Translations under genes and position numbers: made by a program | The notes under the pieces: generated by a model | What the model was told of the DNA's origin: nothing | Seen by the model: only the letters and a program-made list of their open reading frames with translations | Database searches by the model: none | Assembly: GCA_002633005.1 (NCBI GenBank) | Contig: NMRA01000111.1 | Location: forward strand, 544,720-608,719 | DNA: 64,000 bases | Source: Phoronis australis | Taxonomy: Eukaryota > Animalia > Phoronida | Reading direction: 5' to 3' | Part shown: positions 1 to 13,198 of the stretch, one piece after another | How the letters are laid out: every line of letters begins with the position of its first letter | Numbering within the stretch: position 1 is the stretch's first letter

Positions 1-829
1 ATGCACTTGCTATTTCCAACTTTGGTAACGTCCATGATTTCTTGCATAGCAGCCATGATGTTGTTCTTCTTGTATTGGGCTAAAAACAAAGATGGATGGA
101 ACTACAAAGTTAAAGATCATATTATTACTATTGCTGCTGACGTTTTTTGTTGTTGTTGTTTTTATAGATGTTGTTATTACTATCACTATCGTATACATTG
201 TTATTATTATACTTCGGCAGCCTGTAAAATTCTGTAGCGTCTTTCCTAAGGAAAGTACTGCATTTATTTTAGCCATTATTCTTACAGACGCTAGTTCTAT
301 GCTTCTGAGTATGAGCAAGTAGCACTGATCTGCGCCATTGTAGAATAATAATGATTTTTGTCAACAAAACGCTTCCATTCGAAATACTTAGAACAGGAAA
401 TGCAAATGTCCAGTCCAGCTACTGATGCTTTTTAGATACCAAGCTCCAGACATGGGGCCTCTTCAAAACTGGCCTTCGCGCTTGAATCTTCGATTGGTGG
501 ATTAACTTGAATGGTATTTTTTTAACAACTGCAAGATGTACACTTTTACAGTCTGTGTGGCATCATAACGAAAATTTCACTAACAGGCCCGTTTCATTGC
601 TTGATTATTCAGTTGACCATGATTCCGCGGGACCCTAACCAGTTCCTTACATCTATATAGCCTTGTGGGTTGGCCGATCACAGTGGAAAAACATCAAGCG
701 CTATCTCACTGCGTCAGCCAGAGAGGCGGTAAAGTTGTACAATATACATGCGATTATGTGATTTTAATAATGTACGCGCATGCCAAAGTTTTACTATCGA
801 CAAATAAAATGTAAATACAGTGAACTTAC

Positions 830-905
830 CGAAGGAGTCGCTGATTGTGTAATACACTATTCCATTTGGCCACAATTGTCCTTTGTAGGCCAAAGCGTTT
901 CGGTG
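830..905 (-). CDS. Internal exon of an astacin-family (M12A) metalloprotease, start of the mature domain (HRNALAYKGQLWPNGIVYYTISDSF)
   Basis: Flanked by acceptor ttttcttgcag and donor G|gtaagt. The peptide fits the astacin pattern RNA-x5-LWPxGxVxYxI-x3-F after the propeptide cleavage site. No other exons were identified. Confidence 0.6.
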
Positions 906-3244
906 CTGCAAGAAAAGTTATCGTGTTCTAATTGTCTGTTTACTTGAATTTTAGCCAAGATACTCCGTGATACGATTTCAACTCGTTCAAGCTGGCGTTT
1001 CCTTGTGATTTTTCATACAGCTTTGCGTGTTTCAATTACCCCCAAAATAGTCGTTTGTCAAGATTTTAATTTAGTTTTGTTTCCTAGCGTTTACGTTATC
1101 GAAAGTTCGAGGAAGGACCGTACATGAATACGTAGATGTATGAAATTAATTTCGATTTCACTATGTAATAGGCCTACGTGCCAGCATGGTAGTAATGTCG
1201 ACATCTCATATTCACAAATAAATGTAAAGGGTGGTTTCAAGCAAAGGCATTTAAAAATACACAACTTAGTATGAATTGCAGCAATCAGAAATATTCTCAT
1301 GAACGTCTTTGAATAAAAACATGGCTTTTCGCGTCATTCTTAAAATATCTTCAGATAAGTTCTAACTCGTTCAATATCAAATGTTCCCGTTTTCTACGCA
1401 ATAGATACGAAATGCACTTGTTCAACACCAGTATCATAACTTTGATAAATGGTTGTCAACTGTTGATTATTTATTAAGATAAGGTTTGTTGAGTTTCAGT
1501 CATGTCTTTGGCTGTAATTTCTCGTTACGTACTTTACTTTTACTGAAAGTACCTACTGGGTGCCTGGTCGAATGAGCTACCAAAAGTAGGAACATGATGT
1601 CAATTTTATGTGCATGTACTCAAAAGTAAACAAACTTGTCCTTCGTCATCTTTATTATTTACGTGCTGTATCTTCAAACTGAACAGAACATAAGCGGACG
1701 CATAGATTTTGGTCGACATGAAACCGGGTATTTCTCTGTTTAACATGTCTGGGTTGTGGTTCTTCTAATCAAATGTATTGGACGGACATGTTGACGACTC
1801 CAAAACAAAGTAATGAATTCGCTTTAAACCATTTCATGTTTGATGATTGTATCGTGGTTAAAGTCCTGCTCTCAAACTGCCCATGTGGTTCCAGTATCCG
1901 AAAATACTTACTACATAAAATCTTATTTTCGACACCCTTTCTCTATATTCTTTTCGCCTTTCTTGCCAAAAGCGATTTTAACAGTATTTGTCCCTTCTCT
2001 GTGAGCGTATAATTACCGGCTGTCATCGGTTATTTCCGTACCCACATTTCCGGCTCATCAGTTCAGGAACTTGTCCTGAACGCCGCCATTTTTTCCTTGT
2101 AACTGAATGTGCTATGGCTTGCTCGAAAAGTCTCCATTATTTTGTTTTATTAGTAATTTGTTTGTGTGTGTAGTGTATTTATAGTTTGTAGTTAGTGGTC
2201 GTTGAATTTTTTTAGAATGTTACGCGTACATAATATGGTAAAATAGCATTGGTGTTTAGTTCCTTACGTAGGCCGGTCGAACCTAGGAACCAATATGGGT
2301 CGAACCAATTTTTTTTCGTTTTGATTTTTTTCTCGTTTTGAAAAAGTACTTTGCTATCATCGGAAAGTTAGTGCATTCTACTCGGAAAAAAACGACAAAG
2401 TATCAAAATCGGGGCAAGCAGTGTAAAGATATTGCAATTTTTGTGGCGAAATTTGGATCACTTTGTTTGGATCACGTCGGCCATATTGGAGGACAGCGGC
2501 ATAAGTTACGAGTTTAAAACTTTGTGTAAATTGTTTTCGCCAACAAATTTAGTTAGACATATCTTTACTTACTATTCTGCATGATTCAACAGTGTTCACC
2601 AAATTTTAGCCTCGCTGTTGTTACTCATTAAGTGATAAATGTGCTCACAATTCCCGTCTCATTTCTGGCGGCACCGACAACATGGCGACTTTTGCCGAAC
2701 TGGAAGGCATGTTTGACCTGTTACTTTGAAATTTGTGAAGATTGGACGTTGATACATTTTGACAAACTTTGCTACAAAAACGGAACTTTGTTTAATTTTC
2801 ATGTTTTTGTGCAAAACTATAAGATAATTCGAATTATTTTACTGTGAATTTCCCATTCAGGTGATCTTACACTAAGCTAAAAAAATAGTTGAAATAATTT
2901 TGAAATGTTTTTTTGTTTGACTGTCAACTGCTGTTCAAGGCTTGATTCGGTGTCACAGAATGATTAATAGTTTTTCTAAATTTTAAGTCTCAGTTGCTTT
3001 CAAGTCATGTTTTGTAACTTATTGCTTCTTAATTCAGGTTATCAAGTCAACAATATGAATAATCTTAATTTGGGAAATAAGCAATGTTGGATTGTGAAGC
3101 TTCAAGCCTTCAATTCTTATTCCTTGCAACTTAATAATTTTTTTAATCATGCTTGTCAATTCTGGTATAAGGAAACACTAATCAGTCACCATGGTAATAG
3201 TTATATGTAAGTCCACTTTCATAACATGGAAACTTTTGCTGTTG

Positions 3245-3495
3245 CATGCGCGCACCCAGGGGGGGTGGGGGGTCGGGGGGATCCAACGAGCCCCCCATTT
3301 GGCGAAGTGGGCAAAAACGTCCGCCCCCGAGGGACAAAAAGCCGGAGAAAATGGGACAAAAGTCCACTAAAGAAGCGCAAATGCGCAATTCACAGTGGTG
3401 CTCTCGCTTTTTTAGTCCGCCGACTCTTTTTTTAGCAAAAGCCCCACATCGCCGGGAATTCGAGCCCCCCATATTGAAGGCTGGGTGCGTGCATG
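3245..3495. mobile_element. Non-autonomous DNA transposon (MITE), CATGCGCGCACCCAG termini, 5-bp TSD TGTTG
   Basis: 15-bp TIR (catgcgcgcacccag / ctgggtgcgtgcatg). TGTTG at 3240-3244 and 3496-3500. Close full-length copy at 31165-31425. Confidence 0.85.
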
Positions 3496-5158
3496 TGTTG
3501 AATAGTGTTTGTAAGGCTAAATGTTGTAAAGTATTGTACATTTTAAGGTACTTATTATGTTAAAAGTTTTAATCATTTTGGTTAATGAATAAAAATGATA
3601 ACATTTTGTATTGGACTCCTTGTCATACTTATGTGCTTGAACGAGCCCCCTATTTGGAGAAATGGAAAAAGGTCTGCCTCAGTCAGATAAGCACGAATTC
3701 CGAAAAAAGGAGAAAATAAGACAATATTCCACTTGAATTCTAGATAGGAAGTACCAAAATTAAGCGTCTGCAATTCATAGCTCTGAACATACCCAGTGAA
3801 TCTTATAGTAAAAGATAGGCATTCCCAAAAAGTCCAGCACCCCCTATTCTTTTAGGCTTTGTGCACTAAATACAAAGTCTGGGCAAATCTCTATTGAAAG
3901 CCAACAACTTTGAACAGTTCGCGAGAAGTACCCAAGTTCTAAATAAACCTCGTTTGAGCGAGCGCTGTGGCCAGCGACCAGTTAGTCCTAAGGGTAGCCT
4001 TGGCGCAAAGCTGTATAGGCCTACATGTACTAACAAGCTGTATTTTGAGGATAGTCTTCACTGTTAGCTGGCACTGAGGCTAGCTAAGGTCTGCCGCGGC
4101 AGTGTGACACAGGACTAACCAGCCCGTAATTTCATGCAAGTGTCTAAAACTATCTTTGACTATATGCGGCATTTATGGTTTGAGCATTTTACTTGACAAA
4201 ACAGCTCACAACCGCATGCATTTACCGTTCGCCAGTGTATGGTCTCGTTCGGCACCGGGTCCGATACGCTGCGGTCCCGAGTCTAGCAAAATAATTTCTG
4301 TCAAAATTTATTCGCCACATTTCTTCAGCAAATTCGATAAAGTTGTCCGTATTTTGATTTTATTAAAATTAAGGCGCGCTGTCGATTATTTTATCCCCGT
4401 TTGCAAAGTGGTAACAGGCACTCGTCCATCCACACTGACGGCGATTTTTAGCGGCTAGCCTGGGTTCCTGAATGAATTGTACTTCCGGGTTCGCGGCAAG
4501 TTCAAAACGGCGGTGGTTCTTAGGGTGCGAATCGCGAATGGCGCGTTCATTTAAACTTTTTTCGAGTACGAATCTTGTATTAGTTATGGGGTAAGTACTC
4601 CTTGGATCCTTATAACATCCTCTAACCATGTAATAAAGTTTAACAACGCGTGCGACCAGGTCTTTAACCAAGAAGAGATTAGAAAATATCCAAACATCTG
4701 TCTTACGCGGTGACGTTAAAGGACAGTAGACGTCAAAATGAGATTGAGTAAAATAAGGTGAGGGGAGTTTCTGCTTTTTTAAGAGATCAGTCAATGCATA
4801 ATGGAAGAGTAATTAGTGACACTTTACTTGGGTAAACAATTTCTGTTTACACTTACATCTGAGGTTGCCTACACACGCGACGTTTGGAATGCACTTAAGG
4901 TGTAATGCAGAAAGCTTGTGTTTCGTATTCCGTTTCCAAAATTTGCGCTTGAATAATTGTTCGTTCAACAACTCGACAACCAAAATGTCTTTTAAAAGCG
5001 GGGTGGCTACTTTTTAAGTTGAAAGCATGGCATCATTTCGGGTTGTCAGTGACGTTGACGATGACATCAACAACTTTTGTGACTTCCGGTTCCGGTCTCG
5101 GCCAATGAAGGCGTTCTAATTGGTCTTCTTGGGAATTTTGCCAATATTTTTGATAACT

Positions 5159-5619
5159 ATGCCGGGTAGAAATCAACGAAAAGCACTTCGCTCTCAAAGT
5201 GCAATACAAGAAGAAACGAATCCGGACGAAAGCGCTTCTACTAGCAAAAGCTCTGGAAATGTTGCTATCGCCAGTGACTGTGAGGCCGACATGACAGTTT
5301 CCACGCCGGTAGAACTCAGCTCAGACTCTGACGGAACGGTAACCTTGTCCGAATTGAAGTTCCTAATCATTGAGTCAACTACTCGCTTGGAAACAGTCTT
5401 CTCTGATAGATTTTCTAAGGTTGAGGACAGAATGTTGGATTTAGAAACAACACAAGAATTTATTTCTAACAGACTAGACGCAGTGGAAAATAAAATTCAA
5501 GAGGCAAACCTCCGTAGGCTTGACCAGGTTGACATTCTGCAAAAGCGTTTAGCTCATGATGAATGGAGGTCTAGAAGATATAATCTCCTGTTCTACGGTA
5601 TAAATGAACCCATTCGTGA
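5159..5619 (+). mobile_element. Non-LTR retrotransposon ORF1 (coiled coil plus start of RRM; L1/Transposase_22-like), cut off at the n at 5620
   Basis: ATG at 5159. Heptad-rich segment (FSKVEDRMLDLETTQEFISNRLDAVENKIQE) followed by RSRRYNLLFYGINE, matching the typical LINE ORF1 motif SRRxNLxxxGIxE. Confidence 0.75.
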
Positions 5620-5620
5620 N

Positions 5621-6839
5621 AAAATAACGAGAGTATGTACATGGATGTAATTTACGAAAAGAGTTAATTTTAGTGATGTCTTTCGATTGGCAAAGCTCAA
5701 TTTGTAATCTAAGCAGGCGAAAGTAAATGAAATAGTGACTTTAAAACATCGATGCACTGCTACTGGCGAAAGCATTGTCATTCCGGCGCACGTGACCATA
5801 CGTCCTGGATAATTTATTCAAAGAGTTGTTGTGAACTTGGAATGGCGCTGACTTGACAATGATGAGCAGTCATTTGCTCTATTCTGGGCATCTTGGGTCC
5901 CAAAACGTAGCAGATGGGATCCGGAATAAAACATGGCGCGCACGAAGTCAGGCGTAGTTGCGATCGGTTTTTCCTTGCTGCCACAACGACAATTAGAGGA
6001 ACGTATGAGTTTGTAGAAACGGAGGAGACGGTTAGAGTAGCCAAGTTATTAAGTACTGTGACAACTGGACCTCTGCAGTAAGATTCTTCCTTGAAGTACA
6101 GCTAAATGTGAACGAGGATTCAGCAAAATGAATCGGATAGTAACAGAGGAACGCTGTTGCTTGCTATTAGAAATTACCTCCAGCTCGTTGTTTGGCAAGG
6201 TCAATGGCCTTAAATTCCATGTTCGATCCACAACCTTATGCCAAAACGTTTATGATTCGACAACACGGAATCGCTGAATGTTCTCAGTCCAAATAATCAT
6301 GTAACTTAGAAAAGAACAAGACTGCAAGCAAAAAAGTTTGTAGACGATTCTGTAACTATTATATAAAGCCCTCTATCTTTGGACTGGTCACTCGTACCTG
6401 GTGTTTTACTAACTTTAAAAACTAAATGAAAAAATAAGAACAGATGCTTGCAAGAAAACGCTGCTTCAAGTTTGTGCATTATACACGAGTGAATGCACAT
6501 GTGCACATTGCACGTGGTGTTCAGATCTTGAAAACCTCAGTGTTTGTGTAGCATCGCGTTTGTGTAATTAGTCTTTAATTGAAGCGTACGGAGTAACATA
6601 TGTTCGACGAATAATGAAATTTAAGATTCATATTTCAAGATAAACAGTTATGGTGTCACACCGAAGGGCCCCGAGGACACACCCCATGCCGCCAGCATAT
6701 CGTTTCTTGGCGTTACTCTTCTATCTTCCTTTAAAACTGTGTTTGGCCCCCTTTCAGAGACCGCTTGGAATGCCCGCGGACCTTTGCCTTCCTATGTGTG
6801 TGGTTAGGCCCTTTCTGTGACATCCTGGATTCGCAATTG
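5621..6839 (+). mobile_element. Decayed hAT-superfamily transposon, 3' part (dimerisation-domain relic plus right terminus)
   Basis: 6065-6210 translates LDLCSKILP*STAKCERGFSKMNRIVTEERCCL...LFGKVNG, the hAT C-terminal dimerisation motif STAxCERxFSxMN with an internal stop. The reverse complement of the end, caattgcgaatccaggatgtcaca, resembles the terminus cagtggcggatctaggacatcaca at 23138. Confidence 0.75.
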
Positions 6840-7939
6840 TAGTATCGATGTAAATACCCACTCGTGAATCAAAAATAGGCCTATATGTTGTGAGTCAGGT
6901 TTTGCGAATTCAATGCACTTTTAAAATTCAGTGTTCAGGGTGATACGGTGAGCATTGGGCGCCTACTTACCTCTAAATTTATCACTACAACACTGGATAT
7001 TACCAGGAATCTCTTCCTGATATTACGCATTAAATCAATGTCACAAACCTAAGGTCACGCGGTTCCTGTATGCCCGGAGCATTAAAACGTATTGATGTGA
7101 TGAGTAATGTTCAGTTTTAATGATTCAGTTTTCCGGAGTCGATCATTATATCAACATTTTTAGTACACATACTTTCTCAGATTAAGTTTTAACCACAGAA
7201 TTCTGTAATTTTGACTAAATAGGTTCTCACACTAGTATCAAAAGTCTGCAGTAATGAAACGTGGTCGATCGTTTGAGTTTGTGCAAAATGGTACACAAAC
7301 AAGATTTTGGAGAGTTAAGAAAAAGAATTGCTTGTATGTAAAAAAAGATTCAGTTCTGGTATACCATCGAGTTCAAAAAATGTTGTTCTCATAATAACGC
7401 AGGCGTTCACGCTCATTGGGTCAGCTACGCCGAGCGTGCGGCTTTATTAATGAAACGGGCCGCGCGCTGGGATCCGTTCCTCAGTGATGCGTACGTTTTT
7501 TGGTAAATCCAGAATGGTGATCCTCAAAGCCGCACTTCAAAACTTCTTCCAAAACGAGCGGGTGGAGCAGCTCGAGAGCTCCTCGACTTCTCTGAGTAAT
7601 AATGCTTGCTGGAGTCCACTCCAAATTGAAAAATCTTTCATGGAACAAGTCCCAATGCAGATAAAATACTTATTAAGAAACGGAGAAAACACGACACCTC
7701 GGTTACCATTGTTTATTCATTGTTGTTGATGAAAATATCTACTTGTTGTCCAAAGTAGTTCTGCTAGGTTCCCAGTAACCCTGTGAAACCTGGGAGATAA
7801 TTGGCCTGCATGTTACCATACGAGACAAAAGACTGTTCTGGGTAGTTAACAATTAAAGGAGCCAGATGTTATCACACCCTCACAACCCCTCACGTCTGAT
7901 CGAGGTAGAACGCCGTAATGTTTTCGGAAGGGCTTTTCT

Positions 7940-8210
7940 GCTCTCGCGCTCCCTAGTGGCAAATTGATTTTTTGCGTCCATAGCTGTATCTCCTTAACTC
8001 GTTGGATGATCTTTTTTGAAATTTGACAGATTTGTTATTAAGGAGATAGCAACAGATGACGACGAGCTTCAGACCAATCCGACTACAGCTGTGACCCCTA
8101 GTGTATGGCAAGTATATATTTTTACGTTTGCCTCTGTTGTTCGAGTTGGGGATTGATTTTCGTGAAATTTAGCAATTAGGTTTCTATTAAGGAGACAACA
8201 ATGCCTATTC
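7940..8210 (-). repeat. Two diverged ~145-bp monomers of a dispersed Helentron/HINE-like repeat
   Basis: Blocks ccctagtg (near 7951 and 8096) and gaaatttRRca...tattaaggaga (near 8018 and 8164) repeat at about 146 bp. The same blocks occur near 46000, 48100-48450, 49050-49430 and 61060-61410. Confidence 0.5.
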
Positions 8211-9275
8211 ATTGTCTGACTGCTTGCCATTCTATTATTTCGAGTCCGTTTCTTTTTTTTTGGCGTCCGCCCCTTTATCCGCCAAATTCCTCAAAGGATC
8301 ACTATTAAACTAACGGTTGTGTTAATAATGAGAAGGCCATGTATCACGCTCAAAATAAAGATCCCCCACTGATGGTGTCTAGGCAGACATTCATCCAAAA
8401 TGTATTGAACATCGTGACTGTATTAATGGGGACTGCGGTATAAGTACGTTCTTCAGTAAAAATTTATGTTGCAAAACCAATAACAGATTTCGCCTTACAA
8501 ACAATGCATAGATTATCATGCAAAACTGCTGAAGTCTTAGTACAAGTGCTGCATTAAAGAGCACGTGTGTGGCATCGAACAAGTCCGCACTAAAATCTTT
8601 AGATGGAACTATTATTTTCTTTTGTGTTCTCTGGCATTTTTGTCATTCAGTGATAGCGTTCATCTTCGCTCACTGGACCCACTTCCCCCCCACACCCACA
8701 CTCACACGTATAGGTCAAGATGAAATTTCAAACTATAGTAAATCAAATTAGCATGGAGATTATTAAAACATTGACCTAAAGAAAACTGAACAGGGGCCCC
8801 TGCAGCAGGGTTAATGCAGAAATTCCCCTATTGGAGTAGCTAGGATTATTCCGCCCGCCGGTTACCGTGATCCTTGCAAGTGACTATTACCAAAGCAAGC
8901 CGTTGCCAAACATGGCACCAAAATTATAAGACTCAAAAAAGTCTGAAAATACTTAAGTTTCTCAGTGACGCTTGGTAGCCTGCAATATTTTATTACATAG
9001 TTTTAGATTTTTTATAAATATGACACCGTATAAACACCCAGCAATCGGGTTTATCCAATCAACATGCAGGAACAATACACCACTTGTCAACGGACCTCGT
9101 GTCAATAAAGGCTGATTGGACAAGTCAAAACCGTTGGCAATGTGCATTGCCATTTTCAGGCACTTAGAATATTTTGAAAAAGCCATTTCAACCATGAAAC
9201 AGTAACGGCCCCTTTTAACTTCACAAAGCAGCAAGAGATTGATTTCTAGTGTTGGTTGCTAACACATTATTCAGT

Positions 9276-9555
9276 GCTGACTATAACAATATTTATTGCT
9301 GACTATAACAATATCATTGCTGACTATAACGATATCACTGCTGACTATAACGATATCACTGCTGACTATAACGATATCACTGCTGACTATGACGATATCA
9401 CTGCTGACTATGACGATATTACTGCTGACTATGACGATATCACTGCTGACTATGACGATATCATTGCTGACTATGACGATATCATTGCTGACTATGACGA
9501 TATCATTGCTGACTATGACGATATCATTGCTGACTATGACGATATCATTGCTGAC
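9276..9555. repeat. 21-bp minisatellite (gctgactatRacgatatcaYt), about 13 copies
   Basis: Directly visible tandem array. It explains the ADYDDII and LLTMTIS pseudo-ORFs. Confidence 0.95.
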
Positions 9556-9956
9556 ATACTAAATTCTTGGAATATCCTGTTATTTATACGTTTCTAGGAA
9601 ATATTCTTGTGTCCTGGCAACATGCTTTACCTTATTTACCCGTTGTCATTAGGTTCCTGTGTCATCCTATCTACTGTGTATAAACGTTTCCGCTCTAATA
9701 CATGTAGCTCGGTACCGATAAAGTATGTGACACAAGATATTCTTGATACGTTAGCGCAGAATAATACAATGGTTCCCGAAATTATATCGTGGTCAGTCAA
9801 ATGTTTTGCTTCGGCCTGCTGAGCCAAGTCCTCTAATCATTCATTTGCTCCGATTGTTGCCGAGATAAAGCCCTTTTTGTAAGCCTATCGAGCACCTCAT
9901 GATCGTTGACAGGAGATACGTTTCATAAAAATCCAAACCTGAAATTAAGTATTTTG

Positions 9957-10124
9957 CATGCGCGCACCCAGCCTAATATATAGGGGGAATCGAATTTTTC
10001 CGTTCGCGGACCTTTTACTGAAAGATATCAATGAGGACTAAAAAAACAGGACCACTAAGTTCAGGCTCGTTCGGGCTCCCGGAGCCCCCCCCNCGCCCCC
10101 CCCCCCCCCCTGGGTGCGCCCATG
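9957..10124. mobile_element. MITE with CATGCGCGCACCCAG-type termini, shorter variant, opposite orientation to the 3245 copy, TSD TTTTG
   Basis: catgcgcgcacccag ... ctgggtgcgcccatg. TTTTG at 9952-9956 and 10125-10129. Confidence 0.8.
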
Positions 10125-10876
10125 TTTTGTTCGTTTGTTCGCAAAGTTTTGTGCCAGTGGACGCAAGCTCCTATCTAATATTCAGTTCTTGAGAGATGAG
10201 ACGATTAAACAGTTTTGTTTCATTATTTTATAATCAAGCCATCAGATGGTTTGTGGTAAGTCTGCGTGCGTGAGCATGAAAACCAGGGGCGAAAATAGAA
10301 ATAAGGAAGGTCGAACCTACCTGGCTCAACAAAACCTAACGTACCCAACATTTTGCTGTGTCTATCCGGCGAAAAAAATCTTTGGAAGCACAAACAGACG
10401 AGTTTGACATTAAGACCAATTGGCAGTCTGTTAATAATTGTGTTGAAGACAAGTAGACATAAATGTCCCTAGTGGAAACGTAATTAACGAAAAACGGGGT
10501 TAGATATATATAGAACAAGATTGGTTTATATTAAACTAGTACGTAATATATATGAAGGAACGTGTGGCCACTGGGAGGAGTCAATTGATTGACAGCAACA
10601 GTGGTTGCAAAACTAACATAAACATCTAGATGCAATTCTTGACAATTATAAATTTGAATATAACTGAAATTTCATGATGGCAATTTTATAACTACTACTC
10701 ATTATTTCATTTGGAAAATATTCAACGACAGGTAGATAATCCAAGTTATTGAATAACTCGAAAGCATTTCCAGTATCAAAACGTACAAATTCACTGAAAT
10801 CAATAATTTGAAAGAGCACTGTCATTTGACTATACAAATATACCTAACTCACAATGTTGTGTCTAAAAACTGATCA

Positions 10877-11120
10877 GGATCTAATCTTTTTTCTCGAAAT
10901 CAAAATCGAAAATAGTTTGATATTTTCTGTTCTACTTTATAACAAATTCAAAATAATTGTCCATCATTCTGTGCTCAAGTATATTATGGTTCACGTTGAG
11001 TATTGTCTAGTCCAAGTTTGTATTTGATGACGGCAGGATTCGAGCTACGACTCGAGTAGAAACTCGGGATTTTGGGTTAGAACTCGAGATTTCGAGATCA
11101 GACTCGAAATTTAAGCTTCT
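10877..11120. mobile_element. Degraded partial copy of the 61856-62256 MITE family
   Basis: Shares ctaatcttt..ctcgaaa..aa.tcgaaa, ctgtgctc.a.ta.attat.gtt and ctcgagta.aa.ctcg blocks with 61856-62256. Other fragments lie near 11290-11380 and 39075-39250. Boundaries are approximate. Confidence 0.55.
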
Positions 11121-12183
11121 GGGGTCATCAAATGCAAAATAGGGTTACACAATCAACCATGTAAACTACAATATACCCGAGCACACAACTACAGACAATT
11201 ACTTTGAATTCAAGCATAAAATGGCAACACTCTTTGTTCGTTTTCAACTAAAAATATCACATCCTTGGCCCTGGGCAGGCATGTAAGTTTAATCTTTGTA
11301 CTCGAAATTATGTTTAACAAATTTTCATTCTATTCTTGTACTAAATCAAGATAATTATCTATTATTCTATGCTCGTTTACATTACCAGAGACTTCTGAAA
11401 AGATCTGATATCTGAACCTAAGTATTGAGAGAAAGATCCTGAGTACGGCACGAGGTTAATACAATACCACGGTAACGGCCGTGTTGGTGGAGTATCTTTT
11501 CGATTGAAATGTTATATGTATATCTCTTTCATCTCGATGAAATTAGTAATATATGAAAGTGATCTCATATTGAGCATCTGGAACGTTTTTTATAGTCTTG
11601 AATTTCCCCTCGGAGGTGAACGTTATTTGAACATGCGTGGGCAAGTGTTTTTTTCACTTTTAGTCGGTGAGCGCAACTAGGTCTCAAATGAATTGGGGTA
11701 CAGGACAGAAGCAACTGTATTTTTGGTCTTTGTCAGAAATTGTCAGTAAGTTTGTTTAAAAGGTAGCTATGCTTTGAGATTGTGCGTAGATGGAGAAAGA
11801 ATGATTAAATCCAGTAATTAATTTATTATGTAATAACCATTAGTAAGACATATGAAACCTGTTGTTAATTAATAATCAATTCAGTACAAAGAAGAGTAAC
11901 TACACTAGCGCCCTCTTTAAAGGTTACTTCAGTCAATCAACCATAATAATCTAATGTCTTATCTGCTATCCATTGAGCTGTAGGACTCTCCACTTGTTGG
12001 ATGACAGCCCTGTTGGTGAATCCTCGAACTACACATATTGTATTGCTATAGTGTACTTGCTGGTCACTGTCTCTCGTGACGCAACACTTGCAGGTAGTAT
12101 CTTTTTTCTACGATTCCTCTCGCTGGTCGCTGTCCCTCGTGACGCAACGTATAGGAAGTATCTTACTACCCACGATGCGCACC

Positions 12184-12649
12184 CCACCCGTTCCAAACGC
12201 CGTAACACCATTCAAGAGTCTATTAAATGCAAGCCGTTACATTCTTGCAGCTCACTGTAATATATTACTACAATACATTATACATTGTAACACTCTTCAA
12301 CAAGCACAGAATGAGACGGCCTTTTCTTTGAGCAACGAGAACAACATTGTGAAGTCGCAAAACCTAAGAGTTCTGGGATAGCGGTACTTTCATCTGAGGT
12401 TGCCACTTTGTAAATTCGGCCCAAAATACAGATTGCCGCTAGTCTCGATGCTGAATATAAGCCAAAATCTTGGCAACAAGAGTAAACATCGACTTGATCT
12501 TGGAGCGCACTGTAACACGCATTTAGGACTCGTTGAAGAGTGTTACAGTGCATAATGTATTGTTGTAATATATTACAGTGAGCTACAAGCATGTAACGGC
12601 TTGCATGTAATAGACTCTTGAATGGTGTTACGGCGTTTGGAACGGGTGG
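12184..12649. mobile_element. Non-autonomous TIR element with ~120-bp terminal inverted repeats (CCACCCGTTCCAAACGCCG...)
   Basis: 12184-12303 is a high-identity reverse complement of 12529-12649. No TSD was recognised and the superfamily is unassigned. Confidence 0.8.
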
Positions 12650-13069
12650 ATTCAAGTGACAAGCTCTCAGTTAACTTCCTGTTCGTCAGGGGGGCACAGA
12701 ACAGTTCTTACAGGGGTTTGCCAATCAAAACACATGTCAATGGACTCGTCACCCTTTCTTCACTCTGTCAAAAACTGCAGGAAAAGAAAGTTTTGAGTCA
12801 TTTCACATTACAAGTATAAAATAGCAAAACTAGTAAAACTAAAGCGACGAGCGTCTGTACCAACTTTGAATATATTAAAATATCCCCACGTTTCGAGCGA
12901 TACGCTCTTTGTCAAGGGTGTGCTAGAGACTGCTGAGTGCATATAGATGGATCTAAAATAAAATCGCAAAGGAGATCACATGGTGACATACAATAGACAA
13001 CGTGAACAATATGAACAATATCGGACATAGCAACTACCAGTGGGGTAGGCTACGTACGTGATGATGACA

Positions 13070-13127
13070 AGAGTGAGAGAGAGAGAGAGAGAGAGAAAGA
13101 GAAAGAGAGAGAGAGAGAGAGAGAGAN

Positions 13128-13197
<70 letters not shown>

Positions 13198-13198
13198 C
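13070..13198. repeat. (GA)n microsatellite
   Basis: Directly visible; contains one n. Confidence 0.98.

Noticed and set aside
1-322. Three short overlapping ORFs at the window start
   Set aside because: Driven by low-complexity TTG/TTA/CTA simple repeats; no protein motif.
1300-2090. Minus-strand stretch with long open segments starting at ATGGCGGCG (2089)
   Set aside because: Multiple stops and no recognisable motif. Possibly an old transposon relic, but I cannot support a call.
3182-3563. Overlapping ORFs similar to the ORF at 31080-31568, resembling a gene family
   Set aside because: The similarity is confined to two copies of a GC-rich MITE bounded by TIRs and TSDs.
9256-9597. ORFs encoding ADYDDII / LLTMTIS repeat proteins
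   Set aside because: Open frames are a by-product of a stop-free 21-bp minisatellite. There is no ATG start and no splice support.
11973-12655. Similar peptides (PPVPNAVTPFKSLL) on opposite strands
   Set aside because: They come from the two arms of a terminal inverted repeat.
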